Below are positions 11,232-23,177 of a DNA stretch of 64,000 nucleotides, piece after piece. The stretch is from an uncultured delta proteobacterium (GTDB taxonomy: Bacteria; Myxococcota_A; Polyangia; Polyangiales; Polyangiaceae). The notes under the pieces are model-generated. The model saw only the letters and a list, made by a program, of their open reading frames with translations. It was not told where the DNA came from and searched no databases. A program made the translations under genes and the position numbers. The stretch is taken from the NCBI GenBank assembly GCA_963782055.1, contig CAWAIF010000003.1, positions 2,208,001-2,272,000 of the forward strand, written 5' to 3'. The stretch's first letter is position 1; each line of letters opens with the position of its first letter.

Positions 11232-14200
11232 TCAGCCCCGCGCCACCCCCGCGAAGAACCTCCCCGTCGCCGTCTTCGCCTTCCCGATTGCCTTCGGCTC
11301 CCCTTCGTACACCACGCGCCCGCCCCCCGCGCCGCCCTCCGGGCCGAGCTCCACCACCCAGTCCGCCGACGCGATCACATCCGGGTGGTGCTCCACGATC
11401 ACCAGGGTGTCCCCGCGCTCCACCAGGCGGTCCAGCACCTGCACCAGCCGCCGCACGTCGGAGAGGTGCAGCCCGGTGGTCGGCTCGTCCAGCACGTACA
11501 CCGTTGGCTCGTGCGCGACGCCCGCCGTCAGCTCCGCGGCGAGCTTCAGGCGCTGCGCCTCGCCGCCGCTCAGCGTGTGCGAGCCCTGGCCGAGCTGGAG
11601 GTAGCCGACGCCCAGATCGGTCAGGGTGGCCAGCGGGCGGTGCACCTTGGGGTGATGCGCAAACAGCCTCGCCGCGTCCTCCGCGGTCAGGTGCAGCACG
11701 TCGCCCACCGAGAGATCCATGTATCTTACATCGAGCGTCGCCGGCTCGAAGCGCGCGCCGCCGCACGTCTCGCAGGGGGACACCACGTCGGGCAGGAAGG
11801 CCATCTCCGCGACGATGACGCCCTGGCCCTCGCACGCCGGGCACCGTCCGCCCTTCGGGGTGTTGAAGGAGAAGCGCGCCGCGGTGTAGCCGCGCGTCTT
11901 GGACTCCGGCAGGGCGGCGAAGAGGCGGCGGAGCTCGTCCCACACGCCGAGGAAGGTCGCCGGCACGCTGCGCGGGGTGCGCCCGATGGGGGACTGGTCC
12001 ACTGCCAGCGCGCGCTTGACGTACCTGGTGCCGGCGATCTTGTCGTGCGCGCCCGGCGCGTCGTGCACCAGGCCGAGCGCCTGGCGGAGCGCGGGGTAGA
12101 AGACGCCGCGCACCAGCGTGCTCTTGCCCGAGCCGCTGACGCCCGCGACGACCGTCATGCGCCCGACCGGCACGCGCAGCCGCACGTCGCGAAGGTTGTG
12201 CTCCCGCGCGCCGGAGAGTTCCAGGAAGCGGTCGGGCATCGGGCGCTTCGGGCGCTCCGGCAGGGTGTGATCGCGCAGGGCGACCGCGGTCGGCGAGTCG
12301 CTGGCGAGCACCTTCTTCGCGGGGCCCTCCGCGACGATGAGGCCGCCGTGGCGCCCGCCCGCCGGGCCCAGATCGATGACGTGATCCGCCGCGCGGATGG
12401 TCTCGGCGTCGTGCTCGACGACGAGCACGGTGGAGCCGGTGTTGACGAGGGCGCGCAGGTTGTCGAGCAGCTTCTTCGTGTCGCGCGGGTGCAGGCCGAT
12501 GGTCGGCTCGTCCAGGACGTAGAGCGCCCCCGTCAGCCCGCTGCCGAGCTGCGCGGAGAGGCGGAGCCGCTGCATCTCCCCGCCGGAGAGGGTGGACGCC
12601 CAGCGGTCCAGCGCCAGGTAGCCCAGGCCCACTTCCAGCGCGAAGTCCAGCCGGCGCCCCAGCTCGGCGAGGGCGACGTCCCCGATGGCGGCGTCCTTGC
12701 CCGTGAGCTTCCACGATCGCACCAGCGCCCGCGCGCTCGTCACGTCGCGCGCGAGCAGGGCAGGGTAGGTCTCCCCGAAGAGGCGCACCCGCCGCGGCAC
12801 CGGCGACAGGCGCGTGCCCTCGCACGCCTCGCAGGGGTCCGTCTCGCCTTCGGCCTCCGCGTCGGGGCCGCCCTCGATGCCGGTGCCCTCGCACTCCTCG
12901 CACTGCCCCTGCTTGGTGTTGAAGGAGAACCAGCGCGGATCGAGCTCCGGCACGCCGGTGCCACACGAGGGGCACGCGCGCGCGGTGGAGGCGAGCACCT
13001 CGCTCGCCGCGGGCTTCGCCGTGGGGGGGCCGCCGGCGACGCGCAGCGCGCCGTTGCCCCACGAGAGCGCCCGCTCGAAGGTCGGGCGGTCCAGCGCGGA
13101 GAGCGGGCCGTAGTGCACGATGAGATCGATCGTGTGCTCCTTCGTCTTGTAGAGCTTCGGCGGCGGGTCGATGGCGACGATCGCGCCGTCGACGCGCGCG
13201 GTGGACACGCCGGCGCGCGACGCCTGGGTGAAGAGATCGAGGTACGTCCCCTTGCGCGCGCGGACCGCCGGCGCGTAGACGGTCTTCTTGGTGCGATCGC
13301 CGCCGGCGGTGAGGCGCGTGAAGAGCTCGTCCGGGGTGCTGGGCGCGACCACGGCGTCGCACTCGGGGCAGTGCAGCTCGCCCACCTTGGCGTAGAGCAG
13401 CCTGAGATAGTGGGCAATCTCGGTCACGGTGGCGACCGTGGAGTTGGCGCCGCCGCGCGTCGTCCGCTGCTCCAGGGCGATGCTCGGCGGCACGCCGGTC
13501 ACCCGGTCCACGTCCGGCCGCGGGAGGGTGGGCAAGAACTGCCGCGCGTAGGGCGTCAGCGTCTCCATGAAGCGCCGCTGCCCCTCGGCGAATACCACGT
13601 CGAAGGCGAGTGACGACTTGCCCGATCCGCTCGGCCCGGTCACCACGCACAGCGCGCCGTGGGGGATCTCGCAGGAGACCTCGCGCAGGTTGTGCTCGCG
13701 CGCGTTCTCCACGTGGATGGTCGCGGGCGCGGCGGCGACGTCCTTCGGCGCGGCGGCGCCCTTGCCGTTCTTGCGCGCGTGTGCGGGGGCGGAGCGCGCC
13801 GCGAGGGCCACGCCGGTCTTGCTCCCCGCGACCTCCTGCACCTCCGCGGGCGTCCCGCTCGCGACGACGTGTCCGCCGTCCGGCCCCGCGCCCGGGCCCA
13901 GGTCGATCACCCAGTCCGCCGCGCGGACGATGTCCAGATCGTGCTCCACCACCACCACGCTCGCGCCGGCGTCGCAGAGCGCGTGCAGCGCGGCGATCAC
14001 CTTCTCGGTGTCCTGCGCGTGCAGCCCCGCGCTCGGCTCGTCCAGCACGAAGAGCGTGCCCTTCGCCTTCTCCACCAGCGCGCGGGCGAGCTTCAGGCGC
14101 TGCGCCTCGCCACCGGAGAGGGTGGAGAGCGGCTGCCCGAGCGGCAGGTACCCGAGCCCCACGCGCGCCACCGGCTCGAGGGTGCGCCGGATGACGTAGT

Positions 14201-16553
14201 CGCGATCGCCCGGAGGGTCGAGCAGGGCGAGCGCCTCGTCGATGGTCATCTCCAGCACGTCCGCCACGCTCTCGCCGCGGTGCCGCACCGCGAGCACCTC
14301 CGGCTTGAAGCGCTTGCCGTGGCACACCGGGCAGAGGAGCTGCACGTCGGCGAGGAACTGCATCTCGACGGTCTCGTAGCCCTCGCCGGAGCAGGTCTCG
14401 CAGCGCCCGGCGCCTGCGACGTTGAAGGAGAAGTGCGCGGGCGTCAGGCCGGCGCTCCGCGACGCCGGCTCCATCGCGAAGCGCGCGCGGATGCGGTCCC
14501 ACGCCTTGGTGTAGGTGGCCGCGTTGCCGCGCGCGGTGCGGCCGAGGGGCGTCTGATCGACGAGCACCACGCGGGCGAGGCGCTCGGTGCCCTCCAGCGC
14601 GTCGTGCGGGCCGGGGCGATCCACCTTGGTGTCGCCCAGCGCGCGGGCGGCGGCGCGGTAGAGCACGTCCTCGGCGAGGGTGGACTTGCCCGATCCGCTC
14701 GGGCCGGTGATGGCGCAGAGCACGCCGAGCGGCACGTCCACGTCCAGCGCGGCGAGGTTGTTGGCGCGCACCCCGCGCAGGCGGAGCGCTCCGGTCGATG
14801 CGCGCGGGGTGGTGGCCTTCGCGCGCGCGCGGGCCCACGCGGCGCCGGTCGGCAGATCGGTGCGGCCGGCGAGCTCCGCGGGCGTGCCGTCGAAGAGCAC
14901 CCGCCCGCCGTCCTTGCCGGCGCCCGGTCCGAGCTCGACGACGCGATCGCACCCGCGGACCACCAGCGCGTCGTGCTCGATCACCAGCGCCGCGTTGCCC
15001 GCGCGCGCCAGCTCGGCCATCGCCCCGGCGAGCTTCGGCACGTCGCTCGGGTGCAGGCCGACGGTCGGCTCGTCCAGCACGAAGAGGGCGCCGGTGATGC
15101 GCGCGCCGAGCGCGGTGGTGAGCCCCGCGCGCTGCGCCTCGCCGCCGGAGAGGGTGCGCGCCTGCCGGTCGAGCGTGATGTAGCCGAGGCCGACGGTGTC
15201 CAGGTACCCGAGGCGCGCGGCGAGCTCTTCCTTCACCACGCGCCCCTGGGGATCGCGCGCCTCGATGGCGTCCACGCGCGCGCGCGCCTCGGCGACGGTC
15301 TGCGCGTGCCACTCCGCCAGGTTCTTGCCGGCGACGCGGTAGGTGAGGGCGGTCTCGTTGAGGCGCGCGCCGTGGCACTTCTCGCACGGGGTGTAGACGC
15401 GGAAGCGGGAGAGGAAGACGCGCACGTGCATCTTGTAGGTGCGCGTCTCCAGCCACTTGAACCACGCGCGCACCCCGGGGAACTTGCCGCCGCGCCAGCT
15501 CCCCTCGCCCTCGAGCACCGCCTCGCGCTGCGCGGGCGTGAGCTTGTCCCACGCGAGGTCCATCGGGATGTCCTTGCGCGCGCAGAACTTCACGAGCTGC
15601 CTGCGCTCCCAGTCGGCGCTCTTGCCCGCCCACGCGCGCAGCGCGCCGTCCTTCAAGGACTTCGAAGGATCCGGGATCACCTTGTCCCAGTCGACCGAGA
15701 TGACGCGCCCGAAGCCGCGGCACTCCCCGCACGCGCCGAGCGGGGAGTTGTAGGAGAAGAGGCCGGGCCGCGCCGGCTCGAACCCGCGCCCGCAGCTCGG
15801 GCAGGACAGGCCGCGCACGACGGGCAGATCGTTGCCGGACTCCAGGTGGATCTCCGCGCGGCCGCGCCCGCGCTCCCACGCCGACTCGATGGCCTGCTGC
15901 ACCCGCCGCGCGCCGCGCTCGGAGAGGGCGACGCGATCGACCACCACCTCCACGCGCGCGCCGGCGGCGGTCGCCTCGCTCGGGCGCACCTCGTCCAGAT
16001 CGCGCTGCGCGCCGCCGACGAGCAGGCGGCGGTAGCCCTCGCGCGCGAGGCTCTCGCGCAGCTCCAGGAACTCCTCCGGCCCGGACGCGCGCACCGCGTA
16101 GCTCACCACCGCGCGCGCGCCCGCGTGCTTCGCGATCGCCTCGCCGGCGGCCTCCGACGCGCGCGTGAGCACCGCGAGCACGCCGCACTCCGGGCACACC
16201 GGCACCGCCTCCCGCGCGAAGAGCGCGGCGAGGTACGGCTCCAGGTCGGCCATGGTGGCGAGGGTGGAGCGGCTGGACTTGATGGGCGCGCGGCGGTCCA
16301 CCGCGACCGTGGCGGCGACCGGCTCGAGCGAGTCGATGGGCGGTCGCTCCAGGCGCTCCAGGAACTGCCGCGCGTACGGGGAGAAGCTCTCGACGAAGCG
16401 GCGCTGCCCCTCGGCGTAGAGCGTGTCCATCGCGAGCGAGGACTTGCCCGCGCCGCTCGGCCCGGTGACGGCCACGAGCTCGCCGGCCCGGAGGTCCAGG
16501 TCGACGGAGCGGAGGTTGTGCGTGCGGGCGCCGCGGAGGCGGATGGGGTGCAT
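11232..16553 (-). CDS. uvrA: Excinuclease ABC subunit A, tandem-fused (double) UvrA, about 1773 aa
   Basis: Starts [14 protein letters not shown]; four Walker A motifs, four LSGGE signatures, zinc-finger CxxC pairs. Confidence 0.95.
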   Translation of the reverse strand: MHPIRLRGARTHNLRSVDLDLRAGELVAVTGPSGAGKSSLAMDTLYAEGQRRFVESFSPYARQFLERLERPPIDSLEPVAATVAVDRRAPIKSSRSTLATMADLEPYLAALFAREAVPVCPECGVLAVLTRASEAAGEAIAKHAGARAVVSYAVRASGPEEFLELRESLAREGYRRLLVGGAQRDLDEVRPSEATAAGARVEVVVDRVALSERGARRVQQAIESAWERGRGRAEIHLESGNDLPVVRGLSCPSCGRGFEPARPGLFSYNSPLGACGECRGFGRVISVDWDKVIPDPSKSLKDGALRAWAGKSADWERRQLVKFCARKDIPMDLAWDKLTPAQREAVLEGEGSWRGGKFPGVRAWFKWLETRTYKMHVRVFLSRFRVYTPCEKCHGARLNETALTYRVAGKNLAEWHAQTVAEARARVDAIEARDPQGRVVKEELAARLGYLDTVGLGYITLDRQARTLSGGEAQRAGLTTALGARITGALFVLDEPTVGLHPSDVPKLAGAMAELARAGNAALVIEHDALVVRGCDRVVELGPGAGKDGGRVLFDGTPAELAGRTDLPTGAAWARARAKATTPRASTGALRLRGVRANNLAALDVDVPLGVLCAITGPSGSGKSTLAEDVLYRAAARALGDTKVDRPGPHDALEGTERLARVVLVDQTPLGRTARGNAATYTKAWDRIRARFAMEPASRSAGLTPAHFSFNVAGAGRCETCSGEGYETVEMQFLADVQLLCPVCHGKRFKPEVLAVRHRGESVADVLEMTIDEALALLDPPGDRDYVIRRTLEPVARVGLGYLPLGQPLSTLSGGEAQRLKLARALVEKAKGTLFVLDEPSAGLHAQDTEKVIAALHALCDAGASVVVVEHDLDIVRAADWVIDLGPGAGPDGGHVVASGTPAEVQEVAGSKTGVALAARSAPAHARKNGKGAAAPKDVAAAPATIHVENAREHNLREVSCEIPHGALCVVTGPSGSGKSSLAFDVVFAEGQRRFMETLTPYARQFLPTLPRPDVDRVTGVPPSIALEQRTTRGGANSTVATVTEIAHYLRLLYAKVGELHCPECDAVVAPSTPDELFTRLTAGGDRTKKTVYAPAVRARKGTYLDLFTQASRAGVSTARVDGAIVAIDPPPKLYKTKEHTIDLIVHYGPLSALDRPTFERALSWGNGALRVAGGPPTAKPAASEVLASTARACPSCGTGVPELDPRWFSFNTKQGQCEECEGTGIEGGPDAEAEGETDPCEACEGTRLSPVPRRVRLFGETYPALLARDVTSARALVRSWKLTGKDAAIGDVALAELGRRLDFALEVGLGYLALDRWASTLSGGEMQRLRLSAQLGSGLTGALYVLDEPTIGLHPRDTKKLLDNLRALVNTGSTVLVVEHDAETIRAADHVIDLGPAGGRHGGLIVAEGPAKKVLASDSPTAVALRDHTLPERPKRPMPDRFLELSGAREHNLRDVRLRVPVGRMTVVAGVSGSGKSTLVRGVFYPALRQALGLVHDAPGAHDKIAGTRYVKRALAVDQSPIGRTPRSVPATFLGVWDELRRLFAALPESKTRGYTAARFSFNTPKGGRCPACEGQGVIVAEMAFLPDVVSPCETCGGARFEPATLDVRYMDLSVGDVLHLTAEDAARLFAHHPKVHRPLATLTDLGVGYLQLGQGSHTLSGGEAQRLKLAAELTAGVAHEPTVYVLDEPTTGLHLSDVRRLVQVLDRLVERGDTLVIVEHHPDVIASADWVVELGPEGGAGGGRVVYEGEPKAIGKAKTATGRFFAGVARG

Positions 16554-19282
16554 CGGGGGGGGAGCGGGCCGGACAGTATGCGCATCCGGGGGGCGGATGG
16601 CGAGGGGGCCTATCGGTGTCGGGCGATTGGCCGCGGGCAGCGGTCGTTCCCTCGGCGGGCAATCACGCTGAGGACGCCACCGGCCGGCCGACCGCGCCGC
16701 GGCGCGCTCGGGCTGACCGCCGCAACAGACGCAGCCCGGCCGGCGGTGGCTCGAAGATCCGGCCCCCCGTTGCGATGTCCGGCCATCCGTGCTGTGCTGA
16801 AGACACGGGAGGTGGGAGATGGTCCGTGCCCGTTTCGCTGGGGTGGTGCTAGCGGTAGCAGCGGTAGGAGGCGCCGCCTGTTCCTCCACTTCGGGGGAGG
16901 CCACGGGGAGCCAGGCCGCCGCCGTCGCTCAAGGAGCGCAGGACACGGGCGAGACCTACAAGTTCGTCGGCGGCCTGCAGAAGTCCCCCGGCGGATCGCC
17001 AATCTGTAGCGCGTTTCTCGTATCGCCGACCTATGCCATCACGGCGAATCACTGCATCACGAACAATCCCTCCCTGCCAAGCGGGCTGGCCGGAACGCAG
17101 GTCACGAGCCTGCGCATTTCGTTTGCGTACGACCCAACCAGTGTCACGAGCACCTCGGATCTCCGCTTGGCGACCCACACGTACCCCAGCAGCGGCGCCG
17201 TTCAGGTCCGGTTCCTGGACATCCAGGGCCCCAACGGGAACGACGCTGCCCACGACGTGGCGGTGATCAAGCTCGACACGCCCGTGTCACAGCTTGCCGT
17301 GACCCCAGTCGCCATCGGCGGCATCGGCAACACGCCGCAGTGCGAGTCGTCCATCCAGGACGCATATCTGGTCGGTTACGGGGGAACCAACCTCATCGGC
17401 GATACCACGAGCGGCTTCCGCACCTTTAGTTTTACGCACGACTGGGATCGCCACACTGCAGACCCCACCTTCTCGGACTGCCTTTCTGGACCTCCCGACT
17501 ACGATCCCGGGAACTTCACCTTCGTGGATTCGTGGGGCCCCGGCGGTCTAGGCTACAGTGGCGCGCTCAAGGGCGACTCCGGCGGGGCTCTGCTTCAGAG
17601 CTTGAACGGCGGTCTTCAGGTTTGCGGCGTCACGAGCCGTTACGGCGCCGAGCCGTGTCACTTCCTGGACGTCTTCAGCGAGTCTGCCGGGACCGACTCC
17701 GGGGAGAACGCCGCGTTCATCGGCAACATCATCCTCGACAGCCAGAAGCGACTCAAGGGATATTGCTACGGCCCCGCGGTCGATCAGGACAACGACGGAG
17801 TGTACGATAGCTGCGACAATTGCCCGAACGTCTACAACCCTGGGCAGTACGATCAGGACGGCGACGGCTGGGGCGACGTATGCGACAACTGTAATGACGT
17901 CGCAAATCCGGGGACATCGAAGCTGTTCGACCCCGATACGCCGCATCAGGCAGACGTCAACTTCGACGGTGAGGAGCGTGCGCTCGGCGCCGGGGTCCGC
18001 GTGCCCCCTACAAATCCACCGCCAAGCAGTACATATCTCACCGATAACTTCCCTGGGGACCGGTGCGACCCGAATCCCGTCACAGTGATGAGCTCCACCG
18101 GTGTGGATTACCCCGGGTCGCGCAAGATCCCTTGCACGATTCATTTCACCGGTGCGCATTGTCCGCCAAACATACCAGACGTCACTACGACATGCGGACT
18201 GGCGCACGGGAACGGGATTCATGCCTCCGAGATCGTCGCCAAGAGTAGTACCGCCTACGGCGTCACGCGAACGATGGCCTGCTCGTGCCCCATGACTGAC
18301 CTGGATCTCTGCGGCGACGGCTTCGGCTGCACGCGTGGTAGCGGCGGTCTCGACTATGGAGGCGGGTGGGTACGGATGACGATGGACGATCCGTCCAATG
18401 GGAATCAGATCACCCTCGCCTACAAGACTGCCTCGACGGGTTATCTGGATACGATGCACGAGCGGATCGATACCGGGTCGGCCAACGATCAGTCATGGGG
18501 CTGGGCTTACTGGAAGGACTTCGGTCTCGGCCCTGCCCAGCCCACGAGCCACGCTACGGTGCTGAGTGGCTTCATGTGGTCTTGGGTGCGAACTTATGGT
18601 TACAGCAAGCCATATCCCAAGACGAGTGAGACCCCGACGGGGCCGGAGAGCTCGCAATGGAGGCGTCAGGTCGTCGCGCCCGTTGACGTCTTCGAGGACG
18701 GTGTGAGCGACGTGACGGTGGATTGCGTTCCAAAGCCCATCAAGGCCATCAACCTCGTGAACCTCCAGTCGTGCCCCATGTGCGGCGGGAACTCGGCGTT
18801 GCTGATCCCGACGGAGTCCTCGGACCCGTGGAACGTCGTGTCCGCAGGATTGGCCGACCTCGACGCGACCAGCTTGCTCGATGGGGCCGTCAAGCAGGCG
18901 CTGATGGACGAGAACTCGTTGGTGCTGCTTGCGAACGATGTGAACTGGACGGCGGGGGGGGTTCAAGGTGCCATCGTCGATCGTCTGAGCCACTCCGTGG
19001 TCTACCCATTGAATGCCCTTCCGGACGGGCACGTGACCCTGGCCGGTGGTCCCGCGGGCGATCCTCCCGCGGGTGCACCCGCACCTCCGGAGCTGGTGAC
19101 CATGAGCGGACGCCGGCAGCAGGTGGCGTTTTTCGACCAGCAGGACGATAGTGGTAACTACGTCGCAAAGACCTACGACTTCGAGACCGCCAGCTACGCC
19201 ACGAGGCACTACCTGGGGCGAGACGGCCTCGTCGACCCTGCCGCGGTGGCTTATCGTCCGGAGGATGACGACTACTACGTGC

Positions 19283-20731
19283 GGCTCCCCCGCCGAATCC
19301 GTGGGTTGACGTGAAGCGGATCGCTCGGCGCTCGTCACGGGGCTCGCATCGCGGGAGCGTGTGGGCGTCCCGCCCGCGAGCCTCGCGCCGAGCGCCGGTC
19401 GTTGGGGCTGGAAGGGAAGGATGCATCGTGCAAGGAAGACGGCATCCAACCTCCAACCCCCTCGCACGATGCACCTTCAATCTATCCTGCGCCGGCTGCA
19501 GCCGCAGCCCGGATTCGTCTACGACAAGATCACCTGGGCCGGGACGCCCACGCGGCCAGCGCTGCACGTCCACGTTCGACCTCGCCGCGGGTCCCTTGCC
19601 GTGTGCTCGCACTGCTACCGGAAGCGGCGCGGCTACGACCACGGGCCGCCGCGCCTGTTCACCTTCGTGCCGCTCTGGGGCATCGCGGTGTTGTTCGTCT
19701 ATGCGATGCGCCGCGTGGACTGTCCGCGTTGCGGCGTCACGGTGGAGCTGGTGCCCTGGGCCTCCGGCAAGAGCCAGGCGACGCACGCGTTCGTGTGGTT
19801 CGTCGCGAGCTGGGCGCGGGTGCTCTCGTGGACGGAGGTGGCGCGCCGCTTCCACTCGAGCTGGGACACCGTCTTCCGCTGCGTCGAGCACGCGGTACAG
19901 TGGGGCCTCGAGCATCGCAGCCTCGATGGCATCCGGTCCATCGGCGTCGACGAGCTGGCCTGGAAGAAGGGGCAGAAGTACCTCACCGTCGTCTACCAGA
20001 TCGACCACGACTGCCGTCGCCTGCTCCACATCGCCCGCGACCGCACCGCCGCGAGCTTCCATTCCTTCTTCGACATGCTCGGCGAGGAGCGCACCAAGGC
20101 TATCGCCTTCGTGGCCAGCGACATGTGGCGTGCCTTCCTCAGCGTCGTGCAGGCCCGCTGCTCCGTCGTCCTCCACGTGCTGGACCGCTTCCACGTCGCC
20201 AAGCTCCTCGGCGAGGCCGTCGACACCGTCCGTCGCGACGAGGTCCGCGCCCTGCGCGCCACCGGACGCCACCCCCTGCTCACCAAGACCCGCTGGCTGC
20301 TGCTCAAGCGGCCCAAGAACCTCCGGCGCGGCGAGCGCGGTCGCCTGCGCGAGCTCGTCCGCATCAACCTTCGCTCCGTCCGTGCCTACCTGCTCAAGGA
20401 GCAGTTCCAGCACTTCTGGACCTACACCTCGGTCGCCGGCGCCGGCCGCTTCCTCGACCGCTGGACCACCATGGCCTTGCGGTCCCGCCTCGCCCCCTTT
20501 GCGAAGTTCGCGCGCACCCTCCGGAGCCACCGACGCGAGCTGCTCAACTGGTTCCTCGCCCGAGGGGAGTTCGCCGCGGGCGCCACCGAGGGATTCAACA
20601 ACAAGGCGCGAGTTACGACCCGAAAGGCGTACGGCTTCCGCAGTCCAAGACACGCCGAGATCGCCCTGTATCATGCGCTTGGTGCCCTACCCGAGCCGCC
20701 TTGGCTCACCCACAGATTCTGCTGAGGAGGC
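19283..20731 (+). mobile_element. ISL3-family insertion sequence, 1449 bp
   Basis: Imperfect IRs (GGCTCCCCCGCCGAATCCGTGGGT / GCCTCCTCAGCAGAATCTGTGGGT) and 8-bp duplication CTACGTGC at 19275-19282 and 20732-20739. Confidence 0.93.
19469..20725 (+). CDS. ISL3 transposase
   Basis: Zinc finger (CSHC...CPRC), IGVDE, SDMW, DRFHV, EGFNNK, AYGFR. Confidence 0.93.
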   Translation: MHLQSILRRLQPQPGFVYDKITWAGTPTRPALHVHVRPRRGSLAVCSHCYRKRRGYDHGPPRLFTFVPLWGIAVLFVYAMRRVDCPRCGVTVELVPWASGKSQATHAFVWFVASWARVLSWTEVARRFHSSWDTVFRCVEHAVQWGLEHRSLDGIRSIGVDELAWKKGQKYLTVVYQIDHDCRRLLHIARDRTAASFHSFFDMLGEERTKAIAFVASDMWRAFLSVVQARCSVVLHVLDRFHVAKLLGEAVDTVRRDEVRALRATGRHPLLTKTRWLLLKRPKNLRRGERGRLRELVRINLRSVRAYLLKEQFQHFWTYTSVAGAGRFLDRWTTMALRSRLAPFAKFARTLRSHRRELLNWFLARGEFAAGATEGFNNKARVTTRKAYGFRSPRHAEIALYHALGALPEPPWLTHRFC

Positions 20732-21148
20732 CTACGTGCTCGACCGCTGTGCGGAGAAGCCGGGGCGCATGTGCCTGTACGGGATCGGTACGGGCTGGGC
20801 GCCGGTGCTGATCGCCAAGTGGCCCCGGATCGGGAGCTTCTCGTCCTTCGACATCACGCCCGGCCGAGACGGCTCGCTGGTCCTCTCGGCGTCCAAGGCA
20901 AACGCTCACGCGATCGCCGTCCTTTCGATCACTGCGGATGGTGTCGCGCTCGAAGGTCTCTTCTTCGGACCCGACGAGATGGCGACACCCGCGTTCAAGA
21001 GCCTCGATGGTATCAGCTACGTCGCGCGCTTGAAGGACGGCACCCTGGAGCCGAGGCGGCAGCCCATGCGCGCAGGTGGCCCGAAGGATCGCGTCGGACA
21101 TGGAATGGACGCCGCCCAACTGACGGGCTTCTTTTGACCGGGAGTGCC

Positions 21149-21685
21149 ATGCGTGCGGGGATGAGCCGACTAGCTACCACCGTCGGAGTGGTGGCGATCG
21201 GCGTTTGTGCCTGCAATACGTGCCCGACACCGAAGTGCAACAATATTCCGATCGACGTCCTTGGGGAGTGCGCGGTGGCGTTGCACTCCTGTTCGATCGA
21301 TGGCCACGTCTACGCGAGCTGTACGCCGGGGACCGGTGACTGTGGTGCGCTGTACCATCTTGCCCCCGGCTCTGTCGTCGACATTCCTATCGGTCCGGTG
21401 TGGGAGAATGCTGGTACGAGGTCGGATCTGGATATCTACTTCGGGCATGGCGGGGCGGTTGCTCCCGGCGACGCCGACTTCTCGACGGCGACGGTGTTGC
21501 TCGACGGGAAGCCCGCGCCGGACACGGGCTCCGAACGCTGCGAGCGGTACCATGATGAGGTCAAGTGTTATGGAGTGCGAGGCGTCCAGGACGTCCAGTT
21601 CTCCTATGCGTCACCGAACGAGGTGGTATCGTACGACGTCGACATCGTGGACTTCGCCTGCGATGCTCCCGTCTGTCAGGTCTAA
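21149..21685 (+). CDS. Small Cys-rich secreted protein or lipoprotein
   Basis: Hydrophobic leader ending GVCAC; operonic spacing. Confidence 0.6.
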   Translation: MRAGMSRLATTVGVVAIGVCACNTCPTPKCNNIPIDVLGECAVALHSCSIDGHVYASCTPGTGDCGALYHLAPGSVVDIPIGPVWENAGTRSDLDIYFGHGGAVAPGDADFSTATVLLDGKPAPDTGSERCERYHDEVKCYGVRGVQDVQFSYASPNEVVSYDVDIVDFACDAPVCQV

Positions 21686-21691
21686 CTGGAG

Positions 21692-23125
21692 ATGAGGAAG
21701 CGGGCCTACGTGGTGGTCGGAGGGGTTGCGCTCGCGGCGACCGTCGTGGCGCGCTTTGCCGCGTGCTCACCGCCCAGCACGAACGGACCGCCGCTCGTAG
21801 ACGGCGGGGTGTTGGTGCACGTGCACGGCTCCGATGCCCTGCCTGATCCCCCGATCGTCCCAGATGACTCCGACGCGTGGGATGCCGGCGTCAACCCCTT
21901 CACCGGCGATTGGACCCATCTGCCCGGAGATCCCATCAACTGCGGGCTGCGCATCGCCGTGAACCCTGCATCTTCCGTGGGACCACTGAGCTTCGTTCCC
22001 TGCGAATCGGGTCGGCCTGGGTGTCGCAGGCTCGTCGTGGATTGGACCGACAATCCTTACGGGGCCATCTTCTTTCCGGACTTCGACACCGAGCCCGTCA
22101 AGCAGATCGGCGACAAGCGCTACCTCTTGATGGAGCGCCGCTGGCCCCTCGACCCGCAGTTTCAGTATACCGGGGCCACGGCCGCGATCGTGGCGGTCGT
22201 CGACGAGGTGGACGGGCCGCCGGTCTTCGCCGTGGGGACGTTCACTCCACCGCCTCCTTTTCGGTGGTGTGGCTTCATGCCTGCATTCTCGTCGGCGGGT
22301 GTGGCCGTGCACGCCCTTCCGCGGCCCTATCAGTCGTGGGACATCTTCGCGTGGGGTGGGTGGCCGCCATCTTCGAGTTTGACGAGCAAGACATTCCCTC
22401 ACGCGGTCTTCCCGGGAGGTTGCGACTTCTGCGGCAGGGTGACGATCTCGGGCGCTCCGAGCCTGCTGTCGTGCCAGTGCGAGGGTCAGGACATCCCCGC
22501 GCTGTTCAACACGGGGAACCAGGCGCTCACGTTCGTCGGGGCGGCCCCGTTCGTTGGCCGGGATATCTTTTCCGCCGTCAAGGACGGCTGGATCGCCCAG
22601 TCCAACCTCGACCCCGCCGGCATCGATCTCATCCGCCGCGACGGGTCGACGGTTCCGCTCGTCAGGCACCCTCACCGTGTCCTGGCCATGGCTGTGGACC
22701 GGACGGACGGCGACCGGCTGGCGTGGATGGAGGCGGACGAGGTCACCTTCGGCGTGTATGGCCCCGCGACGCTCTGGACCGCGCCCTACGCGGCCACGCC
22801 TGCCTCGCTCGTCGCCCGACGCGTGGCGGTCAGCCCCGAGGACGACGTGGATCCGCTCTGGATCCCGGGCCACGAGATGGTGGTCAACGTGGGCTGCGCG
22901 CTCTTTCGGGCGAGCCGCAAGGTGGCGTACCTGACCCGGCTCACCGACGGGCTGAGCTGGAGCATCCCAGCGGAGCCAGGCCAGGTGTTCACTCGACCGC
23001 TATGGGTGGATTCCGGCGAGGTCTGGCTGGCGACGGCGGACGAGAAGACGCCCACCAAGCCCTTCGGCATCGTCCGGCTGGCGCGCTCCAACCTGGGGAC
23101 GCCAACAGTCGGGCCCGGGCTCTGA
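21692..23125 (+). CDS. Lipoprotein, paralogue of 3928-5271
   Basis: Leader ending FAAC; shared motifs with 3928-5271. Confidence 0.7.
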   Translation: MRKRAYVVVGGVALAATVVARFAACSPPSTNGPPLVDGGVLVHVHGSDALPDPPIVPDDSDAWDAGVNPFTGDWTHLPGDPINCGLRIAVNPASSVGPLSFVPCESGRPGCRRLVVDWTDNPYGAIFFPDFDTEPVKQIGDKRYLLMERRWPLDPQFQYTGATAAIVAVVDEVDGPPVFAVGTFTPPPPFRWCGFMPAFSSAGVAVHALPRPYQSWDIFAWGGWPPSSSLTSKTFPHAVFPGGCDFCGRVTISGAPSLLSCQCEGQDIPALFNTGNQALTFVGAAPFVGRDIFSAVKDGWIAQSNLDPAGIDLIRRDGSTVPLVRHPHRVLAMAVDRTDGDRLAWMEADEVTFGVYGPATLWTAPYAATPASLVARRVAVSPEDDVDPLWIPGHEMVVNVGCALFRASRKVAYLTRLTDGLSWSIPAEPGQVFTRPLWVDSGEVWLATADEKTPTKPFGIVRLARSNLGTPTVGPGL

Positions 23126-23145
23126 TCGGATGACTGAGGATTGAG

Positions 23146-23177
23146 GCGCGCGTCAGCACCGCGAGCACGCCGCACTC
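23146..23177 (-). pseudogene. uvrA: Distal stub of the uvrA 5' copy that continues at 51244
   Basis: GCGCGCGTCAGCACCGCGAGCACGCCGCACTC matches uvrA 16159-16190 with one mismatch. Confidence 0.85.

Larger units (their letters stand above)
16819..21137 (+). pseudogene. Second trypsin-like/TSP3 protease lipoprotein, interrupted by ISL3
   Basis: TANHC / HDVAVI / GDSGGA; DNCP repeats; removing the IS and one duplicated target rejoins DDDYYV-LDRCAEKP in frame. Confidence 0.88.

Noticed and set aside
11232..16553. Double-length UvrA as a novelty
   Set aside because: Tandem-fused UvrA proteins are already known in several bacterial lineages
11173..17009. Very long alternative-frame and antisense ORFs (1829 aa, 1116 aa, and similar ones over the SNF2 and protease genes)
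   Set aside because: Arg/Ala/Pro/Gly-rich shadows of high-GC3 genes with no motifs
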